This document shows, in pieces, positions 1 to 8,784 of a stretch of DNA of 64,000 bases. Source of the stretch: Escherichia virus KFS-EC; the sequence record MH560358; one strand, written 5' to 3'. A model generated the notes under the pieces. It was not told the origin of the DNA, did no database searches, and saw only the letters and a list, made by a program, of their open reading frames with translations. Numbering within the stretch: position 1 is the stretch's first letter; each line of letters opens with the position of its first letter. The translations under genes were made by a program, and so were the position numbers.

Positions 1-16
1 GGTTGCAGATGACCTT

Positions 17-2566
17 ATGTGGAGTAATACCGCAAACTATTTCGATGACCCGACCGCACGAAATCTTGATAAATTTGGGGCATTTCGTACTAATGATATG
101 GATGGTCATCTAGCACTTGCTTTGCATATTCCCCATCCTAGCGGTATAAATCATGCTCGTGGGTTTGATTTTACTTATGGTTCTAACGTTGTTCCTACTG
201 TAAAAACCTATGGTTATAACGCTGATGGTGTATTGGCATATTCATATCGCATGTATCACGAAGGTGATAAGCCTAGTCCGTCAGAATTAAATGTATACAG
301 CAAACAAGAAGTAGACCGGATGTTCCAGAAGACCATCAACTTTGGTGTAGAAACTGGATGGTTTAAAATTGCTACCGCCTTTATTCCGCAAAATGATGGA
401 CGTAGCTTGAAAATTAGATTGATTGGTGGAAGTGGGTGGAACGTAGGACAAACTGGACAATGTAATATTATTGAACTTGTTATAAGGACTAGCAACGGTT
501 CGCCTAAAGGAATTAACTTTGTTGCGTATCATCATGTTTCTGGTTACGAAAATCAATTTTGTGCCATTAATACAGGTGATGACACTTATGATATCTATGC
601 ATATTACTTCGAATTTACTAATATGGTAATGGCTGAATATCAAGCGTCCAGCGGTGTTAATTTAACTGTACTTGATCGACCTGAATATGTCGGCGAAAAA
701 CCTGTAGCTGATCATATCTATGATGCATATACAATATACTCCTTTAACAGTTTCAGTAACCGTGGAACGTTAAATTTTGCTGGAAACCCTCAAGGCCAAT
801 ATGACATTGAGCATTTGAACGTGCAACAAACTAACAGCAAAAAGATGTTGCGTCGCTTCCGTAGTTCTGGTCCTGCCACTATCTGGCATGAGACAGTTGA
901 TGATAACCAGTATCGTCTTGCTACTGGATACGAAGATACAAATCAGGAATTATTGCTGACAGCAACATCCGGGTTACATGTCAAGAAATTAACATTGGAT
1001 GGCGGTGTCACTGGAAATTCTGGTATTGATATTCGTCGAGGACCAAACGAATCAAGCCATTTTAATTTCATGGATTATCGCACTGGACAAGATGTTCGTA
1101 ATGGTTGGTTTGGTTTTGGTGATGGAACAACCAAAGATTTTATTTGGTGGAACGATAACGGTCAAAACTCTATAAACCTGATTGAAGACGGTGAATTACA
1201 TATTACTGGCGGTAGAGGCCAGAAAATTGTAATGAATAGCGAAGTTGCATTATCTGAAAATGCTCGTTTGGCTGTTAAAGGTGGCAATTATGGCTTAATT
1301 TTTAGAAATGATGGCGTTGGCTTCCATATTCTTACCACAGATCTCGGTGATTCATTTGGACCGTGGAATACTCGTAGACCATTCAGCTATGATTTTGCGG
1401 ACGGTGGATTGTATTTAGGTGGTACTGCAACCGCTCGTTGTTTGCATCTGGGAATTGATGGTAGCACTCGTCTCGAAGACAACCTTTTCTTTAAAGCTGG
1501 TTCTCGTCAATCTATGGACTATATGGAACTAGTCCATTGGGGGGCAAGCAATACAGGTCGAAATAACGTTTTAAGTCTTCGTGACTCAAAAGGATTTTTC
1601 GCAGAATTTGAACGATTGGGTGATGATACCATTAAAAACACCTTCTTCGGGAAACTTAAAGTTAATCGTGGTTCTGACGCAATCGTCATGAATGCCGAAA
1701 CGGGTGATTCGTCTATATATTTGCTGGGTACTTGTGCTGATAATAACAACTGGTATATCGGTAAAGGTGGTGCTGATAATGGATTAGCGTTCTATAGCTA
1801 TGCTACTAATGCTGCTATCAATATTACAAACGCTGGTGATATCGCGCTAAGTCCAAAAGGTGTCGAAATGACTCATGTCAATAACGTTCGATTCTATGTT
1901 CATGGTGAACGTTGGACTGCTAGCCAATCTGGAGGCTGGGGCGATCAATGGGGATTAGAAGCGCCGATATTTGTCGATCATGGTTATGTTGGACCAGATA
2001 GCTATTATCCAATTATTAAAGGAAGAAGTTTAATCACCAATCAAGGGTATACAACTGCCGTCGATTTTGGTCTTCGTCGTGTTCCTCAAAATTGGGGGCA
2101 AGCTATTATTCGTGTTGGATCTGCGGATGCATCGCCAGCGGCTGGTCATCCTCAAGCTGTATTCGAGTTCCATCATGATGGTACTTTCTATTCTCCTGGT
2201 AATGGTAACTTTAACGATGTTTATATTCGTTCCGATGGTCGTCTGAAAATTAATGTTGAAGATTACGAAGAAAATGCGGTGGATAAGGTAAATAAACTCA
2301 AAGTTAAAACCTACGATAAAGTTAAATCTCTTAATGACCGAGAAGTTATAGGTCATGAGATTGGTATTATCGCACAGGATTTACAAGAGGTATTACCGGA
2401 AGCTGTTAAAACCGCAAAAATTGGTGGTCTTGATAACCCAGAAGAAATTTTAACAATTTCAAACTCCGCAGTGAACGCGCTTTTAATTAAAGCGGTCCAA
2501 GAAATGAGCGAAGAAAATAAACTTCTTCGTGAACGTCTTGCTGCAATTGAAGCTAAATTAGGGTAA
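17..2566 (+). CDS. tail fiber protein, 3' portion (gp37-like long tail fiber distal subunit) with C-terminal intramolecular chaperone domain; 5' end lies outside the window
   Basis: 849-aa ORF open to window start; last ~130 aa (DKVKSLNDREVIGHEIGIIAQDLQEV... then coiled coil) fit the tail-fiber/endosialidase intramolecular chaperone pattern; sits just upstream of holin t as gene 37/38 does in T4. Confidence 0.6.
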   Translation: MWSNTANYFDDPTARNLDKFGAFRTNDMDGHLALALHIPHPSGINHARGFDFTYGSNVVPTVKTYGYNADGVLAYSYRMYHEGDKPSPSELNVYSKQEVDRMFQKTINFGVETGWFKIATAFIPQNDGRSLKIRLIGGSGWNVGQTGQCNIIELVIRTSNGSPKGINFVAYHHVSGYENQFCAINTGDDTYDIYAYYFEFTNMVMAEYQASSGVNLTVLDRPEYVGEKPVADHIYDAYTIYSFNSFSNRGTLNFAGNPQGQYDIEHLNVQQTNSKKMLRRFRSSGPATIWHETVDDNQYRLATGYEDTNQELLLTATSGLHVKKLTLDGGVTGNSGIDIRRGPNESSHFNFMDYRTGQDVRNGWFGFGDGTTKDFIWWNDNGQNSINLIEDGELHITGGRGQKIVMNSEVALSENARLAVKGGNYGLIFRNDGVGFHILTTDLGDSFGPWNTRRPFSYDFADGGLYLGGTATARCLHLGIDGSTRLEDNLFFKAGSRQSMDYMELVHWGASNTGRNNVLSLRDSKGFFAEFERLGDDTIKNTFFGKLKVNRGSDAIVMNAETGDSSIYLLGTCADNNNWYIGKGGADNGLAFYSYATNAAINITNAGDIALSPKGVEMTHVNNVRFYVHGERWTASQSGGWGDQWGLEAPIFVDHGYVGPDSYYPIIKGRSLITNQGYTTAVDFGLRRVPQNWGQAIIRVGSADASPAAGHPQAVFEFHHDGTFYSPGNGNFNDVYIRSDGRLKINVEDYEENAVDKVNKLKVKTYDKVKSLNDREVIGHEIGIIAQDLQEVLPEAVKTAKIGGLDNPEEILTISNSAVNALLIKAVQEMSEENKLLRERLAAIEAKLG

Positions 2567-2573
2567 TTGGAAA

Positions 2574-2591
2574 GCGGGGAGAAATCTCCGC
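2574..2591 (+). other. stem-loop (GNRA-type loop) just after tail fiber stop; no T-tract
   Basis: gcggggagaaatctccgc forms a 7-bp stem with GAAA loop 8 nt after the stop codon; not followed by a U-run, so probably an RNA stability/processing structure rather than a terminator. Confidence 0.3.
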
Positions 2592-2604
2592 TAAGGATTC
2601 TTAT

Positions 2605-2928
2605 ATGGGATATTGGGTAAGTAGTGAAATTAATACTAAAATCGATGCTTTAAAATGGCATGTATTTGATATTCCTAACGGCTATGGTACTGCTCGTGCT
2701 GGTGTCGCTGTAATGCGTCATAATGCTGGTGGTGGGTGGTCTGATGCACATATTAACGTAGATGGTTTGACCGTTGCTCGTCGTCGTGGTGGGACCAATT
2801 GGGGATCTACTATAAATTCGTTTGTTCCTGCTGGCTGCACCGTCTCCTTTGGTTTAGGGGGTGAAGGTGGTGACTCAGAATTGCTTTTGCATGGCTTTTG
2901 TGTGTCTGGAAGTCATAAGGGGTCATGA
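2605..2928 (+). CDS. hypothetical protein, Gly-rich, in the position gene 38 occupies in T-even phages
   Basis: 107-aa ORF with AAGGA 8 nt upstream of ATG; co-directional with tail fiber gene. Confidence 0.4.
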   Translation: MGYWVSSEINTKIDALKWHVFDIPNGYGTARAGVAVMRHNAGGGWSDAHINVDGLTVARRRGGTNWGSTINSFVPAGCTVSFGLGGEGGDSELLLHGFCVSGSHKGS

Positions 2929-3087
2929 TTGGGGACAGATCCATTCTTGTATTGTGCCGCAGGGAGTAACGATCACGGTAACTACAAACAGGGGTATTTC
3001 CCATCTTCGTTATAGACGCTTGAGCAACCGTTAAAAAAAGAATTAAGGAAAACTCCCAGGGAAGGGAACTACTAAGGAGAAACGGCT

Positions 3088-3306
3088 ATGGTCTATAATA
3101 TCGTCATTGGTGCTTTGTCTAATTTCGGAATGAAACTATTGTCAAAGTTAATTAGTGAAAAGATGCTCACTAAAATTTTCTTCTATTGCGCTCGTCGTCT
3201 TGCGGCTTATACCAATACGCCAATTGATGATCGTTTTGTGGAAGAACTTTATAAGGAGTTTAATAAAGATCAGTCAGAAGATAGCAACGAGCAAAATAAA
3301 AAATAG
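3088..3306 (+). CDS. hypothetical small protein
   Basis: 72-aa ORF with strong RBS (AAGGAG, 7 nt spacing). Confidence 0.45.
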   Translation: MVYNIVIGALSNFGMKLLSKLISEKMLTKIFFYCARRLAAYTNTPIDDRFVEELYKEFNKDQSEDSNEQNKK

Positions 3307-3361
3307 TGATAGTCAAGTACCTAAATAAGAGTACACTGTCATAGTTATCTTAGGGCATTAT

Positions 3362-4018
3362 ATGCAAGTTTCTGAAAAAGGGAAAGACTTTTCTATCTCA
3401 AATGTCCTGCGCGCTATTTTCACAACTAAAAGCACGGAGTTGCTCGTACTTCGTGTTTTTGCTGCCGTCGTGTTGTCCATATTAGCATTTGTCGTTTATA
3501 GTAAAAACGAGTTATTTGCGCTTTATAAAGAGACTCGTTATGAGACTTATGCTCACGTTCTCCAGGTAGAGAAAGACCGCAATTTTGATAATGCAGCACA
3601 GGAGCAGTTACAGATAGTTCATGTGTCGGCTGATGCCGATTTTTCTGCTGTTTTTAGTTTTCGTCCGAAAAACCTAAACTATTTTGTTGATTTGGTGGCA
3701 TATGAAGGAAAGTTACCGCATACAATCGATGAAAAAAATTTAGGCGGATTCCCTATCAATAAAACGAGTGAAGAATATCGTAGGCATCTTTTAGGTAAAT
3801 CCTATTTTACCGATAAAGATTTCCAGTATATTCCATCAAGAGAAAAGAAATTAGAGAGTATCGATATAGGGGTTATGTATTCTTGTCCTATATTCAATCT
3901 CGACAATGTCTATTCTGGTAGTATCTCCATTGCATGGAAGAATAAACCGGATATTGACATTGAGAATTTAGATACTCTTTGCAATCAATCTGCCAGAATC
4001 CTCGGAAGGATTAGATAA
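3362..4018 (+). CDS. t: holin (T4 t-type, class III holin)
   Basis: 218 aa, same length as T4 T; single N-proximal TM segment; extended identity to T4 holin (EQLQIVHVSADADFSAVFSFRPKNLNYFVDLVAYEGKLP, SCPIFNLDNVYSGSI, ARILGR). Confidence 0.92.
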   Translation: MQVSEKGKDFSISNVLRAIFTTKSTELLVLRVFAAVVLSILAFVVYSKNELFALYKETRYETYAHVLQVEKDRNFDNAAQEQLQIVHVSADADFSAVFSFRPKNLNYFVDLVAYEGKLPHTIDEKNLGGFPINKTSEEYRRHLLGKSYFTDKDFQYIPSREKKLESIDIGVMYSCPIFNLDNVYSGSISIAWKNKPDIDIENLDTLCNQSARILGRIR

Positions 4019-4024
4019 CTTAAA

Positions 4025-4056
4025 GGGGAAGCCTTTCGGCCTCCCCTTCTTTTTAT
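4025..4056. terminator. bidirectional rho-independent terminator between convergent late (plus) and early (minus) units
   Basis: ggggaagcc-tttc-ggcctcccc hairpin followed by ttctttttatt; sits between holin stop (4018) and end of minus-strand ORF (4053). Confidence 0.65.
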
Positions 4057-4301
4057 TGGCGCATAGAAGCCCCTGAATCACATTTTGACGCTGTATGATG
4101 AAAACAGGTAGCGTACCAGTCATCGGCTTGTTTGTCTTCGTCAGAAAACGCGTAATTGCGTTGTATGCCGTTTTCTACTTTGACCAGTGCAATAGCTGTT
4201 TCTGGAAGATCAATCAATCGGACAAAATCACCATCTTCCCACTCTACACGAGCAATATCATAGCCCATCTCAAAGTATACAATCGCTTGTTCTAATTTCA
4301 T
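4053..4301 (-). CDS. hypothetical protein (82 aa)
   Basis: ORF in track; start overlaps stop of upstream gene (4298); last gene of minus-strand unit before terminator. Confidence 0.5.
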   Translation of the reverse strand: MKLEQAIVYFEMGYDIARVEWEDGDFVRLIDLPETAIALVKVENGIQRNYAFSDEDKQADDWYATCFHHTASKCDSGASMRQ

Positions 4302-4627
4302 TCTGGAAACTTCCCGTAAACATTCTCTGCCAGCTTACGTGCATCTTTTACAATATCTTTCATATAATGACTATAATTTTTAGCTAGATCAATGATGCAA
4401 TCAACAAAGAAGTAATAGCGTCGCAGTGCTACCAGCTCAACATCTTCAAGATGACCATTTTCTCCAATCGCTGAAATATGTTTAAATTCCTTTCGGATCG
4501 CGTCCATCGCTACATTAACTTCTTTTATAATATCTTTCGTATTATATGCACCTCGACTAATCAAAATTTTGGTTAGGTCTTCTGCTTTTTCGTGAAAGTT
4601 GTCAATTTCAAACTCGATCATAATCAC
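4298..4627 (-). CDS. hypothetical protein, paralog of 4736..5068
   Basis: 109-aa ORF; C-terminal ...KDIVKDARKLAENVYGKF resembles ...TKIVDEARIMTENIFGKF of the neighbouring gene. Confidence 0.5.
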   Translation of the reverse strand: MIMIEFEIDNFHEKAEDLTKILISRGAYNTKDIIKEVNVAMDAIRKEFKHISAIGENGHLEDVELVALRRYYFFVDCIIDLAKNYSHYMKDIVKDARKLAENVYGKFPE

Positions 4628-4735
4628 CTCTCATAATTTCACGCTGTTGTTTCAACATTTTTTCGTGGTTTGCTAATTCTATACCTTGTAATAGCATAAC
4701 CAGTGCAATTTTCAATGATTCATCATCTTTCATAA

Positions 4736-5068
4736 TCAAAATTTACCGAAAATATTCTCTGTCATAATTCTTGCTTCGTCGACTATTTTCGTCATGTTCA
4801 TGGTGTAGTTATGATCATTTAGTGCCTTAATGACAACGAGCAAGGAATCTAAAAACACTCGATATCGGGTATATTCTACGCTATTTGTGAATACCGATGT
4901 TTTCTCTACTTTATCGATCAGATAGCCTAAAGCCGATAGCGCCTCGTTTACTTCCCTTGTTACTTTATCGGCGCTAAACAACACCGGATAAAGACGCGGT
5001 GTGATTAACCGCGCTGCCTCTTTCAATTCGGTCGCTTTCCATGATTCATATTTGTCATAGTTAAACAT
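4736..5068 (-). CDS. hypothetical protein, paralog of 4298..4627
   Basis: 110-aa ORF; shared C-terminal motif with the adjacent gene. Confidence 0.5.
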   Translation of the reverse strand: MFNYDKYESWKATELKEAARLITPRLYPVLFSADKVTREVNEALSALGYLIDKVEKTSVFTNSVEYTRYRVFLDSLLVVIKALNDHNYTMNMTKIVDEARIMTENIFGKF

Positions 5069-5080
5069 TGTATAGTCTCC

Positions 5081-5413
5081 TTACAGATGAAAACCTGTTA
5101 CGATCACCGCGTCGATCATACCGCTAGGAATAAACGGTTCGCCCTCTTTTATTTCAACTTTGAATTGATGCCATTTCGCTAATACTTCTTCCGGTACACC
5201 CAGCGATTCGGCGTCTGCTTTAGTTTCATCCATAATCCAACTAGGCTGCATGAGAGCATAGTTTACATAGTCCATTTCTGGGGTCATGTCATCAATGTTA
5301 ATATATTTGCAGTTGACGCGTTTCAGAATTTCAAATTCTTTATTATCAACCTGTACCATGTATAATTCAGTAGTTTCTGGAATCAGTTCCCACACAATCA
5401 GTACATTTTTCAT
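5081..5413 (-). CDS. hypothetical protein
   Basis: 110-aa ORF, tightly packed co-directional. Confidence 0.5.
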   Translation of the reverse strand: MKNVLIVWELIPETTELYMVQVDNKEFEILKRVNCKYINIDDMTPEMDYVNYALMQPSWIMDETKADAESLGVPEEVLAKWHQFKVEIKEGEPFIPSGMIDAVIVTGFHL

Positions 5414-5421
5414 AGTTCACC

Positions 5422-5790
5422 TCACTTAACAAAGATTTTCTTTAATGCTTTCAGGATCGTTGCTTCCGGCGCTTCTTCCGGTGGAGGAAGCAATTCTACC
5501 ACTTCCTCTTCCAACTCGATATAGTCTACCAGATATTCTACATAGAATGCAAGTGCTTCCATGAAATTAGATGCTACATCCGATTCACCACACGCGCCTA
5601 CATGCATTGTATAAACATCACTGCGATCAAGTTTGTGGATGCTTCCAAGATAGTTTCGGTTATACCAGACTTCCCACACTTTCAACTTTCCGGTTTTGGT
5701 TGCTGTTTTATAATCGGTTTCGTAATGATGCAATTGACGTTGCAAATCATTGATAATAACACATTTTTCGTAATTGTTTTGAATTTCCAT
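5422..5790 (-). CDS. hypothetical protein with acidic Pro-rich C-terminus
   Basis: 122-aa ORF. Confidence 0.5.
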   Translation of the reverse strand: MEIQNNYEKCVIINDLQRQLHHYETDYKTATKTGKLKVWEVWYNRNYLGSIHKLDRSDVYTMHVGACGESDVASNFMEALAFYVEYLVDYIELEEEVVELLPPPEEAPEATILKALKKIFVK

Positions 5791-5800
5791 GATGTAATCC

Positions 5801-5992
5801 TCACTTATCGTTAAGAAGTTCTAAAACTTTCTGTCGTACTTTGTCAATATTAGTTGATTCAAAAACTGTACGGTATCCCCAGCTTTGACCGTATGAGCGG
5901 TTGCAATCTCCATATCCCCATTGTTCAACCTGATAGTATTCAAGGAATGGGTGCTGCCGAACTATGATACCATCGCGATTAAAAATTACCAT
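5801..5992 (-). CDS. hypothetical small protein
   Basis: 63-aa ORF. Confidence 0.4.
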   Translation of the reverse strand: MVIFNRDGIIVRQHPFLEYYQVEQWGYGDCNRSYGQSWGYRTVFESTNIDKVRQKVLELLNDK

Positions 5993-6015
5993 AATATAAT
6001 CCTCACGTCAACAAC

Positions 6016-6297
6016 TTATTTTCGGTTGTACTTCTGCCACTTTCGGTAATACTGCTTGTAAAATTGTTTTGCGTTTTCACCATCTTTACTATACATGTTA
6101 TCTACCATCAAGTCAATAAGACCTCCCGGTGTCTGGTAGTTCCCCGCTCGGATAAGTTCTTTAATTAAATTGTCCTGATGATCTTTGTATACTACGTTAA
6201 TGATGGTCTTTTCTGCTTTCTTCGTCCCGATCATCCGGTGATTAGCTTTCATCGCATCCCACCAATCTTTTGTGATCTTCATGTTATTGAATTGCAT
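6016..6297 (-). CDS. hypothetical protein
   Basis: 93-aa ORF. Confidence 0.45.
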   Translation of the reverse strand: MQFNNMKITKDWWDAMKANHRMIGTKKAEKTIINVVYKDHQDNLIKELIRAGNYQTPGGLIDLMVDNMYSKDGENAKQFYKQYYRKWQKYNRK

Positions 6298-6308
6298 AAT
6301 TTAACCTC

Positions 6309-7067
6309 TTACTTGCAAACGTATTGATCTACATCAATTGCGCCACCGAATGTAGGATGACGTTTTTCGAATCGAATAGTTCCGTCGTTTGGTTCGAAAA
6401 CGGAGTATTCATATAGATCTTTCTTGCCAACATTCTTATAAAACCCGCCTTTAGTCATAACGGTTTCTTGTACGTTTGCTTTGTGTACGTTGTATTCATC
6501 AATGTATACAAAATCAACCATCTTCCCATTTTTAATTGTTACTTTAAGATCTCCTGGTTGGTTTCCATATTTTGCATACAGTGGGGCTTCTTTAATTTTG
6601 GTGGAAATTCCATCTTTCATACTCCACTCATAACGAACGGTGCATTGATAGGTAAAAGTTTCGACCTTCGGTTCTTCTACAACTTTTGCTTCCTGTTTCG
6701 GTTGTTCTTCGTCAACCTTCGCAGAAGTCTCTGAATCGCTTTCCGACGCAGTTTCTTCTTTAGGTAATACATTCATCAAGTTTTGAATTTGAGCGTTATA
6801 TACAGCCTCCAGTGGCTGAATCTGCCCGATATTGATCATTGTATCACGAACAGTTTTATTCCAGTTGCGTTGCTCTTGTTTAAGCGACAGATCAATCTTA
6901 ACAGCCTTAACATATACTTCATGAAGTTTAGAATCCAGTGCGGAGATTGACTCATTGGCACAAATAAACTTCTCTGATTTGGTAGTGGCTTTAGCGCAAT
7001 CAAAGGACGCAGCATTAGCACCGAAAGCAGTAGCAGAAAGAACGATAGCAGCGATAATGTTTTTCAT
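6309..7067 (-). CDS. secreted two-domain protein; N-terminal domain resembles the LprI/DUF1311 lysozyme-inhibitor-like fold
   Basis: Signal peptide MKNIIAAIVLSATAFGANA; then FDCAKATTKSEKFICANESISALDSKLHEVY...QRNW (CxxAxT...E..IC...LD..L..Y...Q..W pattern), acidic linker, ~110-aa C-terminal domain; RBS GAGGAA. Confidence 0.6.
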   Translation of the reverse strand: MKNIIAAIVLSATAFGANAASFDCAKATTKSEKFICANESISALDSKLHEVYVKAVKIDLSLKQEQRNWNKTVRDTMINIGQIQPLEAVYNAQIQNLMNVLPKEETASESDSETSAKVDEEQPKQEAKVVEEPKVETFTYQCTVRYEWSMKDGISTKIKEAPLYAKYGNQPGDLKVTIKNGKMVDFVYIDEYNVHKANVQETVMTKGGFYKNVGKKDLYEYSVFEPNDGTIRFEKRHPTFGGAIDVDQYVCK

Positions 7068-7095
7068 AATATATTCCTCAATGTTTTGTCTTGAT

Positions 7096-7130
7096 GGGAG
7101 TATCTTACTACTCCCTTAATCCGGTGTCAA
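7096..7130 (-). promoter_or_regulatory. early sigma70-type promoter with stem-loop over -10 (PeSL-like)
   Basis: minus strand TTGACA-17 bp-TAAGAT; GGGAGTA/TACTCCC inverted repeat encloses the -10; upstream of 6309..7067. Confidence 0.55.
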
Positions 7131-7137
7131 CTACTTT

Positions 7138-7293
7138 TTAAATTTCTTCTACAGTAAAGTCTTCAATGTTGTTGTGCTCGGAGAACGTTGCCAGACCAGC
7201 ATTCCATGCATCATCCTCAGAGAAGAATACACCGTAACGTTCATATCCTTTAGCGCCTTCAAATTTAATCATTAATTTGTGAGTATGTTTCAT
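7138..7293 (-). CDS. hypothetical small protein (51 aa)
   Basis: ATG at 7293 preceded by GGAG RBS; longer track ORF (to 7356) runs through the promoter so the internal start is used. Confidence 0.45.
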   Translation of the reverse strand: MKHTHKLMIKFEGAKGYERYGVFFSEDDAWNAGLATFSEHNNIEDFTVEEI

Positions 7294-7324
7294 TTTGATT
7301 CTCCTTCGTTGTCTTGATGGGTTT

Positions 7325-7354
7325 AGTATAGGGGATCGCCGATCCCCTGTCAAC
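7325..7354 (-). promoter_or_regulatory. early sigma70-type promoter with palindromic spacer (PeSL-like)
   Basis: minus strand TTGACA + GGGGATCGGCGATCCCC (17-bp perfect palindrome) + TATACT. Confidence 0.6.
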
Positions 7355-7363
7355 ATCTATTTT

Positions 7364-7576
7364 TTAATTTTTACCCGCTCGTGCATTAATACGCATTTTC
7401 TGCATAGCCATGATCTGGCTTACTGCTTCTTCTTTACGTTCTTGCGTGATAACGTGACCAGATTCCGCAAACTCTCCCGCAACTTCTTCTACGATCTCGC
7501 GAACTTGAGAACGTCCAAAGATGCGGTTTCCTTCGTAGCTCATAAATTCAGTCACTACTTGCTCAATAGATTTCAT
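7364..7576 (-). CDS. hypothetical small protein (70 aa)
   Basis: ATG at 7576 with GGAG RBS; track ORF N-terminus overlaps promoter. Confidence 0.45.
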   Translation of the reverse strand: MKSIEQVVTEFMSYEGNRIFGRSQVREIVEEVAGEFAESGHVITQERKEEAVSQIMAMQKMRINARAGKN

Positions 7577-7595
7577 GTGATTCTCCTTTCGTTTG

Positions 7596-7634
7596 GTATG
7601 GGAGTATAATACTACTCCCATTTCTTTACGTCAA
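7596..7634 (-). promoter_or_regulatory. early sigma70-type promoter with stem-loop over -10 (PeSL-like)
   Basis: minus strand TTGACG-17-TATTAT with GGGAGTA..TACTCCC inverted repeat around -10. Confidence 0.55.
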
Positions 7635-7637
7635 CAA

Positions 7638-7799
7638 CTATTTTAAATTATTTTCGACCTTCACCCATTCCGCGTATTCTTGCGCGGCTACTTTCGGATT
7701 TAGTCCGTCTTCGTACATTGCATCAAGTAATTCTTTGTCGGTGGGCTTATACCCTAGATAAGCCTCCACCTGATTTTTCCAAATTTTATACCAGTTCAT
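7638..7799 (-). CDS. hypothetical small protein (53 aa)
   Basis: internal ATG at 7799 (MNWYKIW...) chosen because the upstream gene ends at 7804. Confidence 0.4.
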   Translation of the reverse strand: MNWYKIWKNQVEAYLGYKPTDKELLDAMYEDGLNPKVAAQEYAEWVKVENNLK

Positions 7800-7803
7800 A
7801 TTA

Positions 7804-8076
7804 TCACCAATCAAGAGCGCGTGTCTCTGCGTCTTCCCATGCTTGATCCATAACAGCCTTGAAAACATATTCTAGAGTATCATCTTTAGAGAATCCGAAG
7901 ACTTTAGACGGAATATCTTCGATTGCTACTCCCGCAACTTCTGCATTACGCGCTTGGCAATAATGCAACTCTAAGTTATCGAGATAGCGACCGCCTAATT
8001 TCTCCATATCATCCCAGCATTTCCAGTAACCTACTTTATTTGCAATTGCTAACACTTTGCTGTTTTCGTTGCTCAT
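7804..8076 (-). CDS. hypothetical protein (90 aa)
   Basis: ATG at 8076 downstream of promoter at 8107..8136. Confidence 0.45.
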   Translation of the reverse strand: MSNENSKVLAIANKVGYWKCWDDMEKLGGRYLDNLELHYCQARNAEVAGVAIEDIPSKVFGFSKDDTLEYVFKAVMDQAWEDAETRALDW

Positions 8077-8106
8077 CTTTGATTCTCCTTTTGTTTGGTA
8101 TGTGTG

Positions 8107-8136
8107 TATTATGCGAGGCTGGATTCGTGAAGTCAA
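8107..8136 (-). promoter_or_regulatory. early sigma70-type promoter
   Basis: minus strand TTGACT-18-ATAATA directly downstream of terminator hairpin. Confidence 0.5.
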
Positions 8137-8139
8137 CAA

Positions 8140-8176
8140 CTTTTTAAAATAAAAAAGCCGACCACAAGGATCGGCT
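8140..8176 (-). terminator. rho-independent terminator (minus strand)
   Basis: AGCCGA tccttgtgg TCGGCT hairpin followed on the minus strand by TTTTTTATTTT; after stop of 8187..8582. Confidence 0.6.
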
Positions 8177-8186
8177 TAATAATCAG

Positions 8187-8582
8187 TTACTTACTAAATT
8201 TCTTTTTGGCTTCGTCTACCGCATGAGATGCCAGTACCGCAGCCGCATGTGCACTTTTATCTGTGTTGCAGAGAACGCCCAGATAAACATCACGCCAAAG
8301 TTTAATCATCTCGTAGATCATATCAATATCATTTTCTTGTTTGTTGGCGATGCTATTCGTCGTTATCTGGTAAGGTAACGGCTTGATCTGTACTGGTTCC
8401 GCCATCGGGCTAATCGGTTTCGGATCAGTCATAATAGGTGCTGTTGTGGGTGGTGTTTTCCATACATCATTATTCCACGGTTTAATCGTTGTGTCGTAAA
8501 GTTTATAAGGATTTTTGTCTGGGTCAACCATCCATGCATGATGAGTACCCAAACCATTTGAAGTGATGCGTCGTTCAGTCAT
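8187..8582 (-). CDS. hypothetical protein, Pro-rich central region
   Basis: 131-aa ORF. Confidence 0.5.
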   Translation of the reverse strand: MTERRITSNGLGTHHAWMVDPDKNPYKLYDTTIKPWNNDVWKTPPTTAPIMTDPKPISPMAEPVQIKPLPYQITTNSIANKQENDIDMIYEMIKLWRDVYLGVLCNTDKSAHAAAVLASHAVDEAKKKFSK

Positions 8583-8784
8583 ACTTTCCCTCCAAAAATT
8601 CTTTCATCAAATAGTCTATCGTTGCTCTGTGTTCTGGTGTGTTTGTTATCTCTGCTAACTTATTCAGAGATTCAATAGTGATCCGGTTGGCTTCTTCCAT
8701 AGTCTCAACGACCATTGGCACAATCTTTTTATTGTTGTACACAAATGCAATATAACCGCCTTCTGGATATTCTTTCATAATCAA
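8575..8784 (-). CDS. hypothetical small protein
   Basis: 69-aa ORF overlapping both neighbours by 4-8 nt (translational coupling). Confidence 0.45.
   Translation of the reverse strand: MIMKEYPEGGYIAFVYNNKKIVPMVVETMEEANRITIESLNKLAEITNTPEHRATIDYLMKEFLEGKYD

Noticed and set aside
3300-3361. T4 late promoter (TATAAATA) upstream of holin t and of the gp38-like gene
   Set aside because: Only partial matches (CTAAATAAG at ~3321; TAATATTATC near 57950); no exact TATAAATA, so no late promoter is called
7138-7356. Long N-terminal extensions of track ORFs (also 45761..45988, 54452..54787, 7364..7621) that translate conserved IPYTTHIKT-like peptides
   Set aside because: The extensions are read-through of the repeated promoter and leader; an internal ATG with GGAG RBS downstream of the promoter is the credible start
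4053-8582. AsiA, MotA or Arn homologs in the interval between holin and gene 52
   Set aside because: None of the ORFs shows the AsiA or MotA sequence features I can recall; the interval appears to hold lineage-specific genes instead
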